Source: Paragordius varius
Lineage: Eukaryota; Animalia; Nematomorpha
NCBI GenBank assembly: GCA_964247055.1
Contig: OZ176058.1
Coordinates: forward strand, 2,170,001-2,234,000
Length of the DNA stretch: 64,000 nucleotides
Reading direction: 5' to 3'
Within the stretch, counting starts at the first letter, position 1. Each line of letters starts with the position of its first letter. A model generated the notes under the pieces. The model was not told the DNA's origin, searched no databases, and saw nothing but the letters and a program-made list of their open reading frames with translations. The translations under genes and the position numbers were made by a program. Below are positions 15,501 to 27,997 of the stretch, one piece after another.

Positions 15501-17486
15501 AGAATAAATATTTTTTTTATTCAAATCAGCTGTTTTCGCAATATTATTTATTTTATTATTATTATTTGGATAAAATTATAGAATATAATTACTTAAATAT
15601 ATTAATATATCCTAAAAAAATTTAATTAATTTTAATGATTTTTATATTAGCGGTACTAATAAGTAGAAAACAACACATTGCAAACTATGTTTAATGTTTT
15701 TTTAATTTAATTATTTCAAATCAGCTGTTTTTACAAAATTTGTATCAATATAAATTATATCAAAATATTATAATTTTAGAGTATTTTGACATTTAAAAAA
15801 TTTTAATATTTAAATATATTTTTAAAATTTAAATATGTTTAAATAATTTTCATGATAATTTAGATTAGCGGTATTGAACCAAACAATATCACCTGTTTTT
15901 ACAATATTTTCATTTATATGAAAAAAAATTATTTCAGAATGTGATAATATATATTTTAAATTTAGTATATATATAATTTAAATATTTTAATATATATATA
16001 TGTATATAATTGAAATAATTTTAAATTTAAATATATTTGTAAAAAATATAAAAATATTCAATTAAATAATTTATTTTAAAAAACTATTTTTATTATTACA
16101 TATCCGCTGTAATTTTCATTAATTTTAAAAAATATATTAAAAAAATTAATAAAATATAATAATTTTAAAATATTTTATAAAATTAATAATTTAAAAAAAT
16201 TAAATATTTTTGAAATAAATAATTTTTATTACAAATCCGCTGTTTTTACAAAATTTTAAATAATCTAAAAAATTATTTCAGAGTAATATTAAATTTTTAA
16301 AATATTTATATTAATAAAATATGTAATTTAAATATTTTTAAATATATCTTGTTTGATAATTTTAAATAAAAAATTTAACCATTATTGTTTTTACAATACT
16401 TTTATTAAAATAAATAATATATTTAAAAAAAATAATTCAGAATATGAATAATTTTAGATTAATAATTTAAATATATATATATATATATAAATGATAAATA
16501 TTTTTGAAATAATATTTTTTAGATAGCGGTATAGAACCAATCAATGGGGCAGCTCAGCTCAAACTATTTTTATTATTTTTTAAATACAAATCAGCTGTTT
16601 ATACAATATTTTTTTTAATTTAAAAAAATATATCACAATCTAATATTTTATAGTATTTTTATAAAATTTAAATATTAAATAATATCATGATTATATAGAT
16701 CGGTATATTTTACAAAATTTTCAAAATATGATAATTTTATATGATAATTTAAAAAAATAAATTTTTTAAAATATATAATTTTGATATTTTAAAAAATTTT
16801 TAATTAAGTTTATAATTTAAATAATTTTGATATATTTTATAATATTTTAAAATATTTTTTTTTAGATTAGCGGTATAGAACCAATTAATGGGGCAGCCCA
16901 CCTTAAACTATTGGGTGAATGCTTGTTAAATCTTTCAGATCGACTTATGAATCATAGTGTAAGATTATTTTTTATTTATAAAATTTAAAATTTTATTTAA
17001 TTTTTTATTTTCTAATAATAATTTTTAATATTAATTAATAAACTTTAAAAAAAGCTTTTTTAGTTGAAATTTATAAAAATTAGGAATATATATATATTAA
17101 ATTTCAAATTTGCCCTTGAACAATTTAAATTCACCCTTGAACAATTCAAATTCACCCTTGAACAATTCAAATTCACCCCTAAAATATTTTCGGGTAATAT
17201 AACTCAATTTTTATTTTTTTATAATAATTTATAATATTAATTAATAAACTTTAAAAAAAGTTTTTTTAGTTGAAATTTATAAAAGTTAGAAATAAATATA
17301 TATATATATATATATATATTTGTATATAAACCCCTGAACAATTTTTCATATAAAAATGTGTTTTCGGATAATATAACTCAATTAATATGATATATAAATA
17401 TTAATTTTTTAATTAATAATAATTTATAATATTGATAAATAAACTTTTAAAAAAAGTTTTTTTTTTGAAATTTATAAAAATTAGGA

Positions 17487-17519
<33 letters not shown>

Positions 17520-19599
17520 AATTACAATATAAATTTGCCCTTAAACTATTCAAATTCACCTCGAAAATAAATTATGTGTTTTTGGGTAACTCTCCATTAA
17601 TATAAAATATAAATATTAATTTTTTATTTTTTATTAATTATATTACTTTAAAATAGTTTTTAGTTAATTTTTAAAAGTTGGGGATATATATATATATATA
17701 TATAAATTACAATTAAAATTCACCCTCATTTAAATTCACCCTTAAAATAAATTATGTGTGTTCGGGTAATATAACTCTCCTTTGATAGAAAATATAAATA
17801 TTAATTTTTTATTTTATAATTTATCATATTAATTAATAAACTTTAAAAAAAAGCTCTTTTAGTTGAAATTTATAAAAGTAAGGAATATATATTTATATGA
17901 ATTACAATTTAAATTCACCCTTAAACAATTCAAATCACCCTAAAAATAAATTTGGCTAATATAACTCACCATTAATATAAAATATATATAAATGGCATTA
18001 TTTTTTCAGTATTATATATTAATTTCAAACAAAATTTTATTTTTAAAATATATATAAAAATAAAAGTAATTTTTAATCTTAAAAAATACAGAATTTAAAT
18101 TATTAGTGGGTAAATTTGATATTTCAATGGATAAATTTGAATTTTCAAGAGTGAATTTGAATTGTAATTCCTATATATATATATATGATTATTGAATCTT
18201 TCAGTGTAAAACATTTTAAAATTTTTATAAACATTAATTAACAATTTTTTCCAAAAAATACTTATTTTTGCTTAATCTAATTGTATCTAATTTGTGAAGG
18301 GTAACACAATGTATAATTACCTTAATAAATTGTAACTTATCTTTATATAGAATAATTGCAAATTACTAAAACCACATAAATTTTAATGTTTTTTTATATG
18401 AAATATTTATAAAAAAAGAATTAAATTCTTTTATCCATCAACTCTCATGAATTATTTTAAAATTTATCCTTTCAAGTATATATTTAGTGTACTGCTGAGT
18501 TTAGAAAACACAATTTTTATAATTATAACTATACCATTTACAATTCAAATTCATCCTTGAACAATTCAAATTCACCCTCAAAAAAAATTATATGTTTTTT
18601 AAGATGAAAAATTACCTATATATTTTTTATAATTTTATAAAATAAAATTTGTTTTAAATTAAAATACTGAATTAAACTATGCCATAAAGATATATTTCAT
18701 ATTTATAATGAGTTGTTATATTAGTTCGAAAACACATAATTTGTTTAGGGTGAATTTGAATTGTTCAAGGGTGAATTTTAATTGTTCGAGGGTTAATTTG
18801 AACTGTAAATGGATTTTAAAATCATCTATTTATTTGATAGACAATGACAATATTTATTGATGGGTTTATAAAATCAGCTGTTGAAAATCAGCTGTTTTTC
18901 ATTATATTCATTTTTATTTTTAGGGTCAAATAGCTGTACAGGGGAGTTTATCCGTTCTGTTAGATTCTCTCATATGTTCGCTGGGGCCGCTCATATGTTT
19001 AACTGAAGCATTTCCCGGGCTACGGACCCTGAAACATGTGACGGAGTATGGGAAAGAGGGCGCATATATCATCCCAGATCAGACTTCTCAACTACAGTAA
19101 ATATATGCTATTGAAATATATATATCTTTTATATTTTCATTTGCTTAAAAAAATGTAATTTATAGTCTCTATTTAATTTGTATTTATCCAATTTAATTTT
19201 CATTGTTTATCATTATTTCACCCAATTTAACAATTATTGTTAGAAAATACTAATTCCAAATTTTTTTATTACCATTTAAATATTCATAAAATCAAGGAAG
19301 TTTTGAAAATATATTTGGTTCTTTTTGTTAAAATTAATATTTGTCTTTTAGATTTTTTACCTTTTAATTTTTATTATTTCTAATGTCAATTTATTTAATT
19401 TATTAGTATAAAGCAAGAACAGGTAGATGATGTAGAAATTAAAAAAGAAATGACCTCAGAACAAATGGCGATAGAAAAATCAGCTGATATGGAGAATCTA
19501 ACTCGTGAAATAATATCAGCTGACGCGGCTTACCAAGCTCGGTCGAAACAATATGCCCGAATTTTGGATCACATAGCTTTTATAATGCCGGGCCTTTGA
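1689..19599 (+). CDS. HMGXB4: HMG box-containing protein 4-like, 13 exons, ~470 aa from ATG 1689 (true start may lie upstream)
   Basis: Manual join 1689(exon starts 1672)-1842, 2618-2654, 3170-3219, 6277-6381, 6917-6963, 8417-8605, 11529-11604, 12249-12313, 13546-13651, 14458-14582, 16866-16958, 18924-19096, 19407-19599. All introns are GT-AG and phases chain without a stop (1413 nt). HMG box [52 protein letters not shown] spans 11529-13651. The C-terminal block [57 protein letters not shown] matches the characteristic HMGXB4 C-terminus (recalled vertebrate ..[44 protein letters not shown]). Confidence 0.88.
2142..2407. mobile_element. MITE family A (subterminal 21-bp repeats), degenerate copy in HMGXB4-like intron 1
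   Basis: ttcaaattcactcttaaacaattcaaattcaccc..ataaattatgtgttttcgaactaa..aaggtaaatttgaattgttcaaggg..gtaaatgata. Confidence 0.65.
3560..6200 (+). repeat. Degenerate ~190-bp tandem array (about 12 copies) filling HMGXB4-like intron 3
   Basis: Unit core ttgaataattattgaaattgccaaaaaaacaaaatttgcaaagctataaatatcaagaaggcccccttgaagttgttgaaaaaatattt. Confidence 0.8.
9586..9857. mobile_element. MITE family A copy next to a (TA)n tract
   Basis: CATTTACAATTCAAATTCACCC..GGGTGAATTTGAAGTAAATGG-TA. Confidence 0.72.
10250..11528 (+). repeat. About 12 tandem acceptor-like units (tttta(a)gggtaaaaaa) before the HMG-box exon at 11529
   Basis: Copies near 10257, 10325, 10392, 10573, 10640, 10753, 10875, 10950, 11036, 11138, 11246 and 11323. 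Confidence 0.75.
17085..18812. mobile_element. Cluster of MITE-A left ends and two full copies (about 17899-18170 and 18534-18812) in HMGXB4-like intron 11
   Basis: Repeated aattcacccttgaacaattc left arms, each followed by ttcgggtaatataactc and duplicated flanking sequence. Complete CCATTTAC..GTAAATGG copy at 18534-18812. Confidence 0.65.
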
Positions 19600-19817
19600 A
19601 AGGAAAAAAAAACTTTTACAAATTTTTAATGATTTTAATCTCCCCATACAATTTAAATTTTATTTTTGATTCTTTTATATTGTGTAGTGTTTGATATGTC
19701 AAATAAATTTTGTAAATAGTTATCTAAAACTGAATGTTTCAATGAGGTTTTCAACATAAAATATTTTGAAAATATTCTATATATTTTAAGTTGAGTATAG
19801 TATATATTGAGATTAAG

Positions 19818-19971
19818 GATAAAAAAAATCTTAAAAATGGCGATAGAAAAATCAGCTGATCTGGAGAATCTAACTCGTGAAATAATGACAGCTGACGCGG
19901 CTTACCAGGCTCGGTCGAAACAATATGCCCGAATTTTGGATCACATAGCTTTTATAATGCCGGGCCTTTGA
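19818..19971 (+). other. Tandem duplicate of the HMGXB4-like terminal exon (possible alternative last exon)
   Basis: Near-identical copy of 19467-19599 about 370 bp downstream, stop codon retained. It is preceded by AAG at 19815-19817, giving an in-phase exon (Q)[50 protein letters not shown]. Confidence 0.7.
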
Positions 19972-20772
19972 GAAAGAAAAAAAAACTGTTTTTTACAGAT
20001 TTTTATTAATTTGAAACTCCCCAAACAATTTAAAATTTTAATTTTAGAGATTCTTTTATATTTTTGATTAAATGTCAAATAAATTTTGTAAATAGTTATG
20101 TAAAACTATATGTTTCATAAAAATGAGGTTTTCGACCCGCAAAATCATTTGTTTTGAACAATTGACTTGGTTTAAATTAAATAGCACAAGAAGCATTTTA
20201 TTTAAGATGTGATTTATATTATTATAATGATAGAGGCTTATATTCTCCACGTACGAATAATAATTTTTTAATATTCACGAGTCTATAACTGTATAAATAT
20301 ATAATCGTTATAAAACATATTAGTATGCATTTTATAGAGTTTTAATTACTCTTTCAAATGATATATTTTCAAAGAAAAATATTTTTGGTAAAGAGAGCGT
20401 ATAATTAAAACAATCATATTACAGTAATTTTTAGAAATAAATACTGTTAATTTTTTTTACTATATGTGTGTGGCATATTTTATTGCCTTTTGAGTTTGCC
20501 TCTGTAGTGTTTCAATAATTACAGGTACATATATATTTAAATGTACATACATGTCCCTTTTCGGTACACATATATATGAGAGATATAATAAACATTGCAA
20601 TATGTTCCCCCTTCTCGCTACATATCTTATTAGAGAACTATTAACATTGCATATGTGTTACACATATTTTGATAATTAATTTTTTAACTTTGTGATATAT
20701 AATTTTATTTTTTTATATGAAAATCACCTAAATGTAAACTAAAATAATTCGTGATAATAAAAATTAAATATA

Positions 20773-20946
20773 AAGTAGCGTATGGAGTAAAAGATTGTTA
20801 GTGCAAAATAGAATAAAAAAATGTTTTTGTCAAAAAAAACCGGGGGACATTATACATATGTGTATATACAACTAGGATTGTTTTTTTTTTAAAAAAAACA
20901 CTTTTTTATTCTATTTTGCACTAACAATCTTTTACTCCATACGCTA

Positions 20947-20949
<3 letters not shown>
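20773..20949. mobile_element. MITE family C, 177 bp, with near-perfect ~45-bp TIRs
   Basis: tagcgtatggagtaaaagattgttagtgcaaaatagaataaaaaa (20776-20820) is the exact reverse complement of the arm at about 20902-20946. The right end reads ..CTACTG-TA; both ends are flanked by TA. Confidence 0.8.
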
Positions 20950-20980
<31 letters not shown>

Positions 20981-20985
20981 GAAAT

Positions 20986-21094
20986 CGATATGTGAAAACC
21001 CCAAGTCAAGTCAAATAGTTGTGTCGTACTGATGAGTACTAACAAGCATGAAACTAGTCTGCGATTACTATTGACGAAAGAGTTTCACATATCG
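20986..21094 (+). ncRNA. Minimal type I hammerhead ribozyme motif inside an extended hairpin
   Basis: Core CTGATGA 21029-21035; stem II G-TAC-TAACAA-GCA-T 21036-21049; GAAAC-TA-GTC 21050-21059. Stem I gtcgta (21023-28)/tgcgat (21060-65), extended by gtcaaatagt/actattgac and a 12-bp outer stem cgatatgtgaaa/tttcacatatcg. Stem II has a G-U closing pair and an A-C mismatch. Confidence 0.75.
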
Positions 21095-21324
21095 TTTATA
21101 ATTTCTATTTAATTTTCTATTTTCATTATATACTGATTTTACAAATGTTATTACAAATATAATCAATCCGTCATTTACCATAAAAATTATTACATTTTAA
21201 TCAATGTGTGGACATTGATAAAACACATTCATATATCAGTTGTTTAACACTTCGATTCAAATTGGGGTAGTTAGGTTTAAAATAATAAATTTCAATAATT
21301 TTGAGTAACACTGGAGTTTTATAT

Positions 21325-21840
21325 CGGCTGTAGTTTTTGCTTTTTTAATCTTATTTGTAAGGCAATTGGAAATTACTGCTAGTACAATAAAATTTACTCT
21401 CTGTTGCTCTTTTCTTATGAAGATTAGGAAAAAGTGGAAAACTATCAGAACATTTTAGTGTCAAAAAATAAGAATTTCTTAACCTTCTTATGTTGCCTTT
21501 TGTCATTATTCAATGTCATACACTGAATGTTAAGGGTTGGATAGTCTCTGCTAGAGCGATGGATTTATCATTTGCGATAGATGAGAATGGATATTAATCT
21601 AATTGAAATCTGGAGCAGTTTCTGATTTCTTTTTGTCTTTGAAAAAATATGTGTGATGATATCTTTAGAAATTCCTGTTTTTTGTCATTATAAATTCTTC
21701 TGATATCCACTTTCTTCCAATCTTCATAACAAAGAACAACTAAAATAGCGTAAGAGATGATCAACATAAAAAAAATTTATTCTACTAACAGTAATTTCCA
21801 GTTGCTTTACAAAGATGACCAAAAAATCAAAACGCATTCA
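21325..21840. mobile_element. Foldback/MITE-like element with long degenerate inverted arms
   Basis: gcaattggaaattactgctagtacaataaa..ttatgaagattaggaaaaagtggaa (21361-21440) is mirrored by ..ccactttcttccaatcttcataac..ttattctactaacagtaatttccagttgc (21707-21806). Boundaries approximate. Confidence 0.55.
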
Positions 21841-22734
21841 AGTTTATTATTATATTTTAAAAAATTATAAAACATTATAAACAAATTATATATTTTATCT
21901 ACTGGATGACTTTTCTACTCAATTTATGGACTCGAAGCTAGTTGAATTGTGAATTTACCATTTTAAATTTGCTATTTTTAATCTGAATTTTTTCTTAATG
22001 GCTCATTTTCTCTTTGAATACTGCAGTTCATTTTTTGTTTTCTTAATCTGCTTAATCTTAATATAGCTCGCAGACTAAATTTTTTGTTTCGCTAACATTA
22101 TTTATCTTATATACCGTAACTCGAGTATTGAATTTACCATTTGCACATTCAAAAGTTTCTTTAGACACTTCAAGTTGGTACTTGAATACTTCAAGTTGGT
22201 CCTTGAACTTTTTATACTAGGATTTAACCATAATTTTGCATGTAGTTATTAATTTTATTAAAATAATTCTTGATTTATTAAAATTCATTTATAATTAATA
22301 TTCCAGTTTAAAAACCAATTTTTTTGGAACTAAATTTTCCCGATTCAACAGTATTATTCAATTATAAATGATTAAAATAATCCAGAAAATTATATTTTTT
22401 AAATAACAATTAAAATCTTATTATAATTAATATTATATAAGAACTAACAGAGATATACAGTTTCTAAATGATTAAATGTTGATGATATTGATATCAGAGT
22501 TTGGTGTAATAAACAGAGAACACAGGTAAGAAAATACTTTTAGAGAACTGACATTAATTAACAAAACGACAAGAATAAAAAAAACAATAATTTGTTAATT
22601 TAAAAATAAATCAATCAACATAAATTGAAAGTCTAAGATCCATATTTAGGCTCTCTAGTGGTAATCATAACACATTATTATGATGATTAGTGGGAATATT
22701 TTTGGATCTATATATAAGAAATCAGCGGTGATTT

Positions 22735-23030
22735 TTAATTCATTTGGAACAACATCTCCAAAACGACTGAATTAATCTGTTTGAAACTTTTTTTTATCGA
22801 TCGAAATACGGGGCGGATATAAGTTTGAAACAAAACGGAAAACAGAAAATATGGCGAATTTAATGTATCCATCCAATGTGCAAATAATGCTCACAAAAAT
22901 AAGTTTTATCAAGCAATCACACAATCGTTTGCAGATAAAAACCAAGTTTACCATCATCCCTCAGGCCTTAAAAAGTGTCAGACAAACTTTTCAGTCGTTT
23001 TGGATGTTGTTCCAAATAGAAACGAGTTAC
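22735..23030. mobile_element. MITE-like element, ~300 bp
   Basis: tttggaacaacatctccaaaacgactgaa (about 22743-22771) is inverted at ttcagtcgttttggatgttgttccaaa (about 22990-23016). Ends approximate. Confidence 0.6.
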
Positions 23031-23101
23031 CCCCATTGATTTTATATTTTTTAATCCATACAGAAACTTGCAACTATTTCCTCCACAGATATTGACTGAT
23101 A

Positions 23102-23532
23102 CAGTAAAAACTGTAATTATACTACGGACAAAATGTAAAAATATAAAGGCAAATGTTTTTGCTCTAAAAGACAACCACCATACTTTTTTATACCTTAATA
23201 TATCGCCTAAAAATATATAATAATTGGCTGTTTGTTACTAATTTCCGATTCTATATTATACTTTGTAGTAGAAATTGAAATTATGATTTTAAAAGTATGA
23301 CGTTATCTTTTAAAAAAAACATTTGTCTTTATATTTTTACGTTTGTCCGTAGTTTATTTTAATAATTGGCAAAGTGTGAAATATAGAAAAATGACTAATC
23401 AATTCTATATTTTACATTTGTAAGTAAATAGCCTGTATTAGAAAAATTAAGGTTTATAAAAGTATGGTTGTCTTTTAGAAAAATTTGTCTTTACAATTTT
23501 ACGTTTTGTCCGTATAATTATAATTTTTACTG
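23102..23532. mobile_element. MITE family B, rearranged copy
   Basis: TA-CAGTAAAAACTGTAATTATAC.. and ..GTATAATTATAATTTTTACTG-TA ends, with an extra internal arm. Confidence 0.65.
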
Positions 23533-25128
23533 TAATAAAGATTACTCACAAAACTTTCATGAAATGAATAGTGCAATGATATTACCGGAAAGGGTAAACA
23601 AGAGTTTTCGACTTCCTATTTATTATTGATTCTTTAAAATAATAAATTATTAACATTTTTTATCATTCTTGTTTTTTTATTAATGTTTTTCGATAATATA
23701 TTTCGTCATTAATTTAGTATTTTATTGAATTTTAAGCATATGATTGTAAAAAAATTTGAAGACTTGAGCATTTTTTTTAAAATGTTTTTGGCGCTAATAA
23801 TTGAATCGTGATAAATTCCTTTGAAAAAGATACGGCTAAATTATTTTTATAAACCAATCGATATTATAGACAAAATATTTTCTTAAATAACTGTTAAATA
23901 TTTTTAAGATAACGCTATTTTTTATTAAAATTCTATTAAAATCTAATACTACGGAATAAATTAGAATTTTCTTGATCTAGGTCTAAAGCACTCTTGGAGT
24001 TTCGAGTTTCTGGGCTAGTCAGGGTTTGGAGTTTGTTCAATTTCTTAAAGACAAAAAATGTGCATTTTTAAAATTTTTACATATTGTAAATTAATTTATG
24101 TATTAGTTGTTTGAGTATTTTAATAAAACTACAAAAATTTGTTTTTAAAAACCACTTGAATTTTTTGAACATGTTTTTTGAGTTTGATAACGGTTTTTTT
24201 AATAAAAATAAAGTATTTAGTATTAATTTTTATCTATTAATATTTTATAGATTCCGAAAATACCAATCAAAACTATCCAAAATACAATCAAAACATTAAC
24301 TCAAAAGCCATATTCGAATTAACAAGCTAGAAAAAAGAATCAAATATTATTTCAAATATTCAATGTCTGACCGAAAATCATTAATATCTCAATCATTATT
24401 TTTATATATAGAATTAAATAAATTAGCATCTTTTATACCAAGTTTTTGATGGAAAAAAATTTAAAAATATCATTTAATATATATAGAAGATAAAAAAAAT
24501 TAAAAATTATTCAAAGTCCAAAATTTTATTTTGAACGCAACCAAGTAATTAGTTGTTACCAGATCGAGACAAAGGCTTGTTCTATGGAGGTATATTTCTA
24601 AGGTAGGCATTTTGAAATTGTCGGATTATAAATATGGCATCTATTGTCCCACCCTTGTTTTTGGAAAATCCAAATGGCAAATCTATATGCTGAGGTGAGT
24701 ACAGATTCTGTCAATTAACCGATTTTCAGCGATTTTAAAACCATGTTCTAAAACGTGCATAAGATAAAAGTTGGAAATGTTAAAACGGTTTCCTTAGCCT
24801 TTATAAATTAGGATATCGTAAAGCTTTTTAGCCAATCAATCACTTGAAATAATGAAATCTATATCTATCGTGTTTGCAAGATTCTTAAAGTAATTAATAA
24901 ATAAATTGTCATTTTAGGTTTTAAAAACTAAACGCTGCCATATATTTTTTTAGATTTCTTAAACAAAATTCAATTTCATCATCAGTAAAGGGTAATAAAG
25001 GGTGGAGGCTTGTGATTTCTATAGGTATTTTTGGTTTAACAAAAAGCATTGAAAAAGTTATTTTTGGCATCGTGGGAGGTCTAACTATTATCAGTTAACT
25101 GCATACCAGTTGTTTAGGTTTTAATATA

Positions 25129-25485
25129 CCATTTACAGAAATTCACCCTTAAACAATTCAAACTCACCCTTGAACAATTCAAATTCACCTTCGAACAATT
25201 CAAATTCACCCTAAAATAAATTAAGTGTTTTTTAAGATTAAATATTACCTATTTTTTTTTATATTTTTTAAAAAAGAAATTTTGTATGTAATCAAAATAA
25301 TACTTAAAAAATAATAAACTTTGCAATAAAAAATATTTAATTTTAATGATAAGTAATATTAGACCGAAAGTTCATAATTTATTTTAGGGTGAATTTGAAT
25401 TGTTCAAGGGTGAATTTGAATTGTTCCAGGGTGAATTTGAATTGTTCAAGGGTGAATTTGAATTGAAGGGTTGAATTGTAAATGG
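25129..25485. mobile_element. MITE family A, complete copy with TA flanks
   Basis: TA-CCATTTAC..GTAAATGG-TA, with 3-4 copies of the 21-bp unit TTGAACAATTCAAATTCACCC in each arm in inverted orientation. Confidence 0.8.
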
Positions 25486-27029
25486 TATAATATAATATAT
25501 TTATCCTGTTTTACCCATTTATATGCAGATTAAAAAGTATAAGCTTTTTCTAATTCATTTCCCTTTTCTTCACCCATTTTTCTTATTGATTCTTTGATCG
25601 TTTTACGGCGTTTGAATATAATTTCTTTCGGAGACGGCGCATTTCTCTTTCTACCATTTTTTGAAGGTCACTCAAGATACTTTTTAATCTTAGTTTTTAG
25701 TCTTTTATATTATTACAAATAGCCTGCCCTTTGTATAAAAAAAACCCTCCGAAATATATCTTTTAAGGCGATCTGATCGGTTAATTTTTCATTTAAATTG
25801 TTAAAAAGTTCAACCTTAAATAAAAAAAATCTAAAAATTTAATTAGATGGTCTTCTAGTAAAAAGTATTCATAAATAGTGAAGAGATGATCGTAAATTTT
25901 TAATAAGATAGATATTAAAATGTATTTTAATATTCATAATTTTACATTTTTTGTTAAAACGCTTTTTTTCATTGGCAAACTCTGATTTATGCACTCAGGA
26001 TGATTTAAATTTTTAGTTTTACCCTTTTTATATAAAAATTAATATTCCAATTTACGATTTTATTTTTTATATCTCAAAAACATTTTAAAATAAAATTTCA
26101 AAATTAAGTATAAAAGATATAAAAATTTACGATAAAAAACATTTTTACAGCTAAAACGTGAAAACATAAAGACAATTATTTTTTTATAACCATACTTTTC
26201 ATACCTTAGTTTTTCCGATATAGATATTTATACAATTGTACAATACTAATTGTGATACTAATATACTTCTTAGTTTTATACTTTTCAATTTAAATCAGTG
26301 GTTTAGATCTATAAAAATCAAGTCTGTTTTTTTGGAAAAATATATCAGTGATTATTTTAGGTTTTGACTGCATAAAATATTACTGTAAATTCAATCTATA
26401 AGCACAAACTCCCCCTTTCTATTCTCAATTTTTATAGTTATATAGATGGCGTTTCAAATACTTTGCTTCAATATTTTATAAAATTTTTGTTATTTTATTA
26501 TAATAAAAGTTATTAAGACACAAATAAGGAAATAATATAGTATTAAAATGGTATACTTTAAAAAATTTGGTTTTATATTCTAGTGTTGATAAAAAAAATT
26601 TTTGTTTCTATGATTGCAAAACTCGGGCATTCCGTTTTTCTATGTATTATTCTTAAATTTTTTTCCTAAAATATAAATTAAAAATGAATTTTATACCAGA
26701 TTTAGGGATATTTCTTTAACCACCGTATTAAAATATTAGTAATTTAAATTAAATTAAATTTACAGTAAGAAATAACTGTGTACATATTTAAATTTTGTTT
26801 TAGGAATAAAGTTGTAAATTGTTTACACGCTCAATTATATTATATATTATATAATTGGGATTAAATAGTTTATATATGAAAATATTGAGTTATATCATTG
26901 TTTTTTTTAAAAAAAAATATTTTAGTTTTTTTCATTTTATATCTGTTTAACTTTAATAATTTTTAATGTAAAATGGGTCAGGGGTAAGAATTAAAGAAAG
27001 ACATATATATATAATACATACTATTTTTA

Positions 27030-27303
27030 CAGCAAAAATTGAAATAATGGGGACAAAACGTGAAAATATAAAGACGAATATTTTTTTCTAAAGACAACCA
27101 TATTTTTTAAGTTTTGATTTTTTTTAAATATAACTCATTGTTTTAAACTACAAAATATAAGATAGAAATGTAAATTGGTAACACAATCAATCATGTATTT
27201 TACGATTGTAGCTTTATTTATATAAAAAATTAAGGCTTTAAAATGTATGGATGTCTTTTGAAAATAAATATTTATCTTTATAGGTATAATTTCAATTTTA
27301 CTG
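27030..27303. mobile_element. MITE family B copy
   Basis: TA-CAGCAAAAATTGAAATAAT..ATAATTTCAATTTTACTG-TA. Confidence 0.7.
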
Positions 27304-27606
27304 TAAAGTAATTTAAAATTGATGTTTTTGGGTTATTAGTTATAATTACAAGTGTAATATGGTTGATTATAATAGAAAGTAAATTTTTTATTGGACAAAA
27401 CCATATACTTATAAACCTATATAACTCCCACATAAACTTTTTATATTAATTTTGTATAACATGATTTAATATATTTGTTTAGCTACATTCAAAATCAAGA
27501 TATAAAAGTAACTGTCGAATAATTAAAAATTGTCTTTTATGTCTGCATAATTTAAATTTTTACTCAATATAATTAGTTTTTAGAAAGAAAATATAATACA
27601 TAATGT

Positions 27607-27870
27607 ACCATTTACAGTTCAATTACCCTTAAACAATTCGAATTCCCCCCAAAATAAATTATGTATTTTTTGAGATTAATACCTATATCTTTATTTTGAA
27701 AAAAAATGTATGTAATTAAATAAGAAAAAATAATAAACTATGCCATAAGAATGAATATATTTAATTTCAATGATAAGTTATATTAGACCGAAATTTCATA
27801 ATTTATTTTTAGGGTGAATCGAATTGTTGAATTGTTCAAGGAGGGATTAGAATTGTTCAAGGGTGAATTA
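27607..27870. mobile_element. MITE family A copy
   Basis: taccatttacagttcaattacccttaaacaattc..tagggtgaatcgaattg..gttcaagggtgaatt. Confidence 0.65.
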
Positions 27871-27997
27871 AAAATATATATATAAATACTCCAAATTGTT
27901 GGCTCTAGTGATGTCAAAGTAAGATAGTTCCATTATAAGGCATAAGCCTTATAAGGATATTTCAGGTTTAAATTTTATCGAGGATGTCAGTGTTTTA

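Noticed and set aside
22772-23174. Three overlapping short ORFs
   Set aside because: They lie within an inverted-repeat element and a MITE-B end, with no coding signature.
24540-24693. Open stretch ending in a strong GTGAGT donor
   Set aside because: About 45 codons with no recognisable motif or linkable partner exon; left uncalled.
25140-25470. CRISPR-like or iteron-like 21-bp direct repeats
   Set aside because: No unique spacers; the repeats are contiguous, inverted between the two arms of a dispersed eukaryotic MITE, and there are no cas genes.
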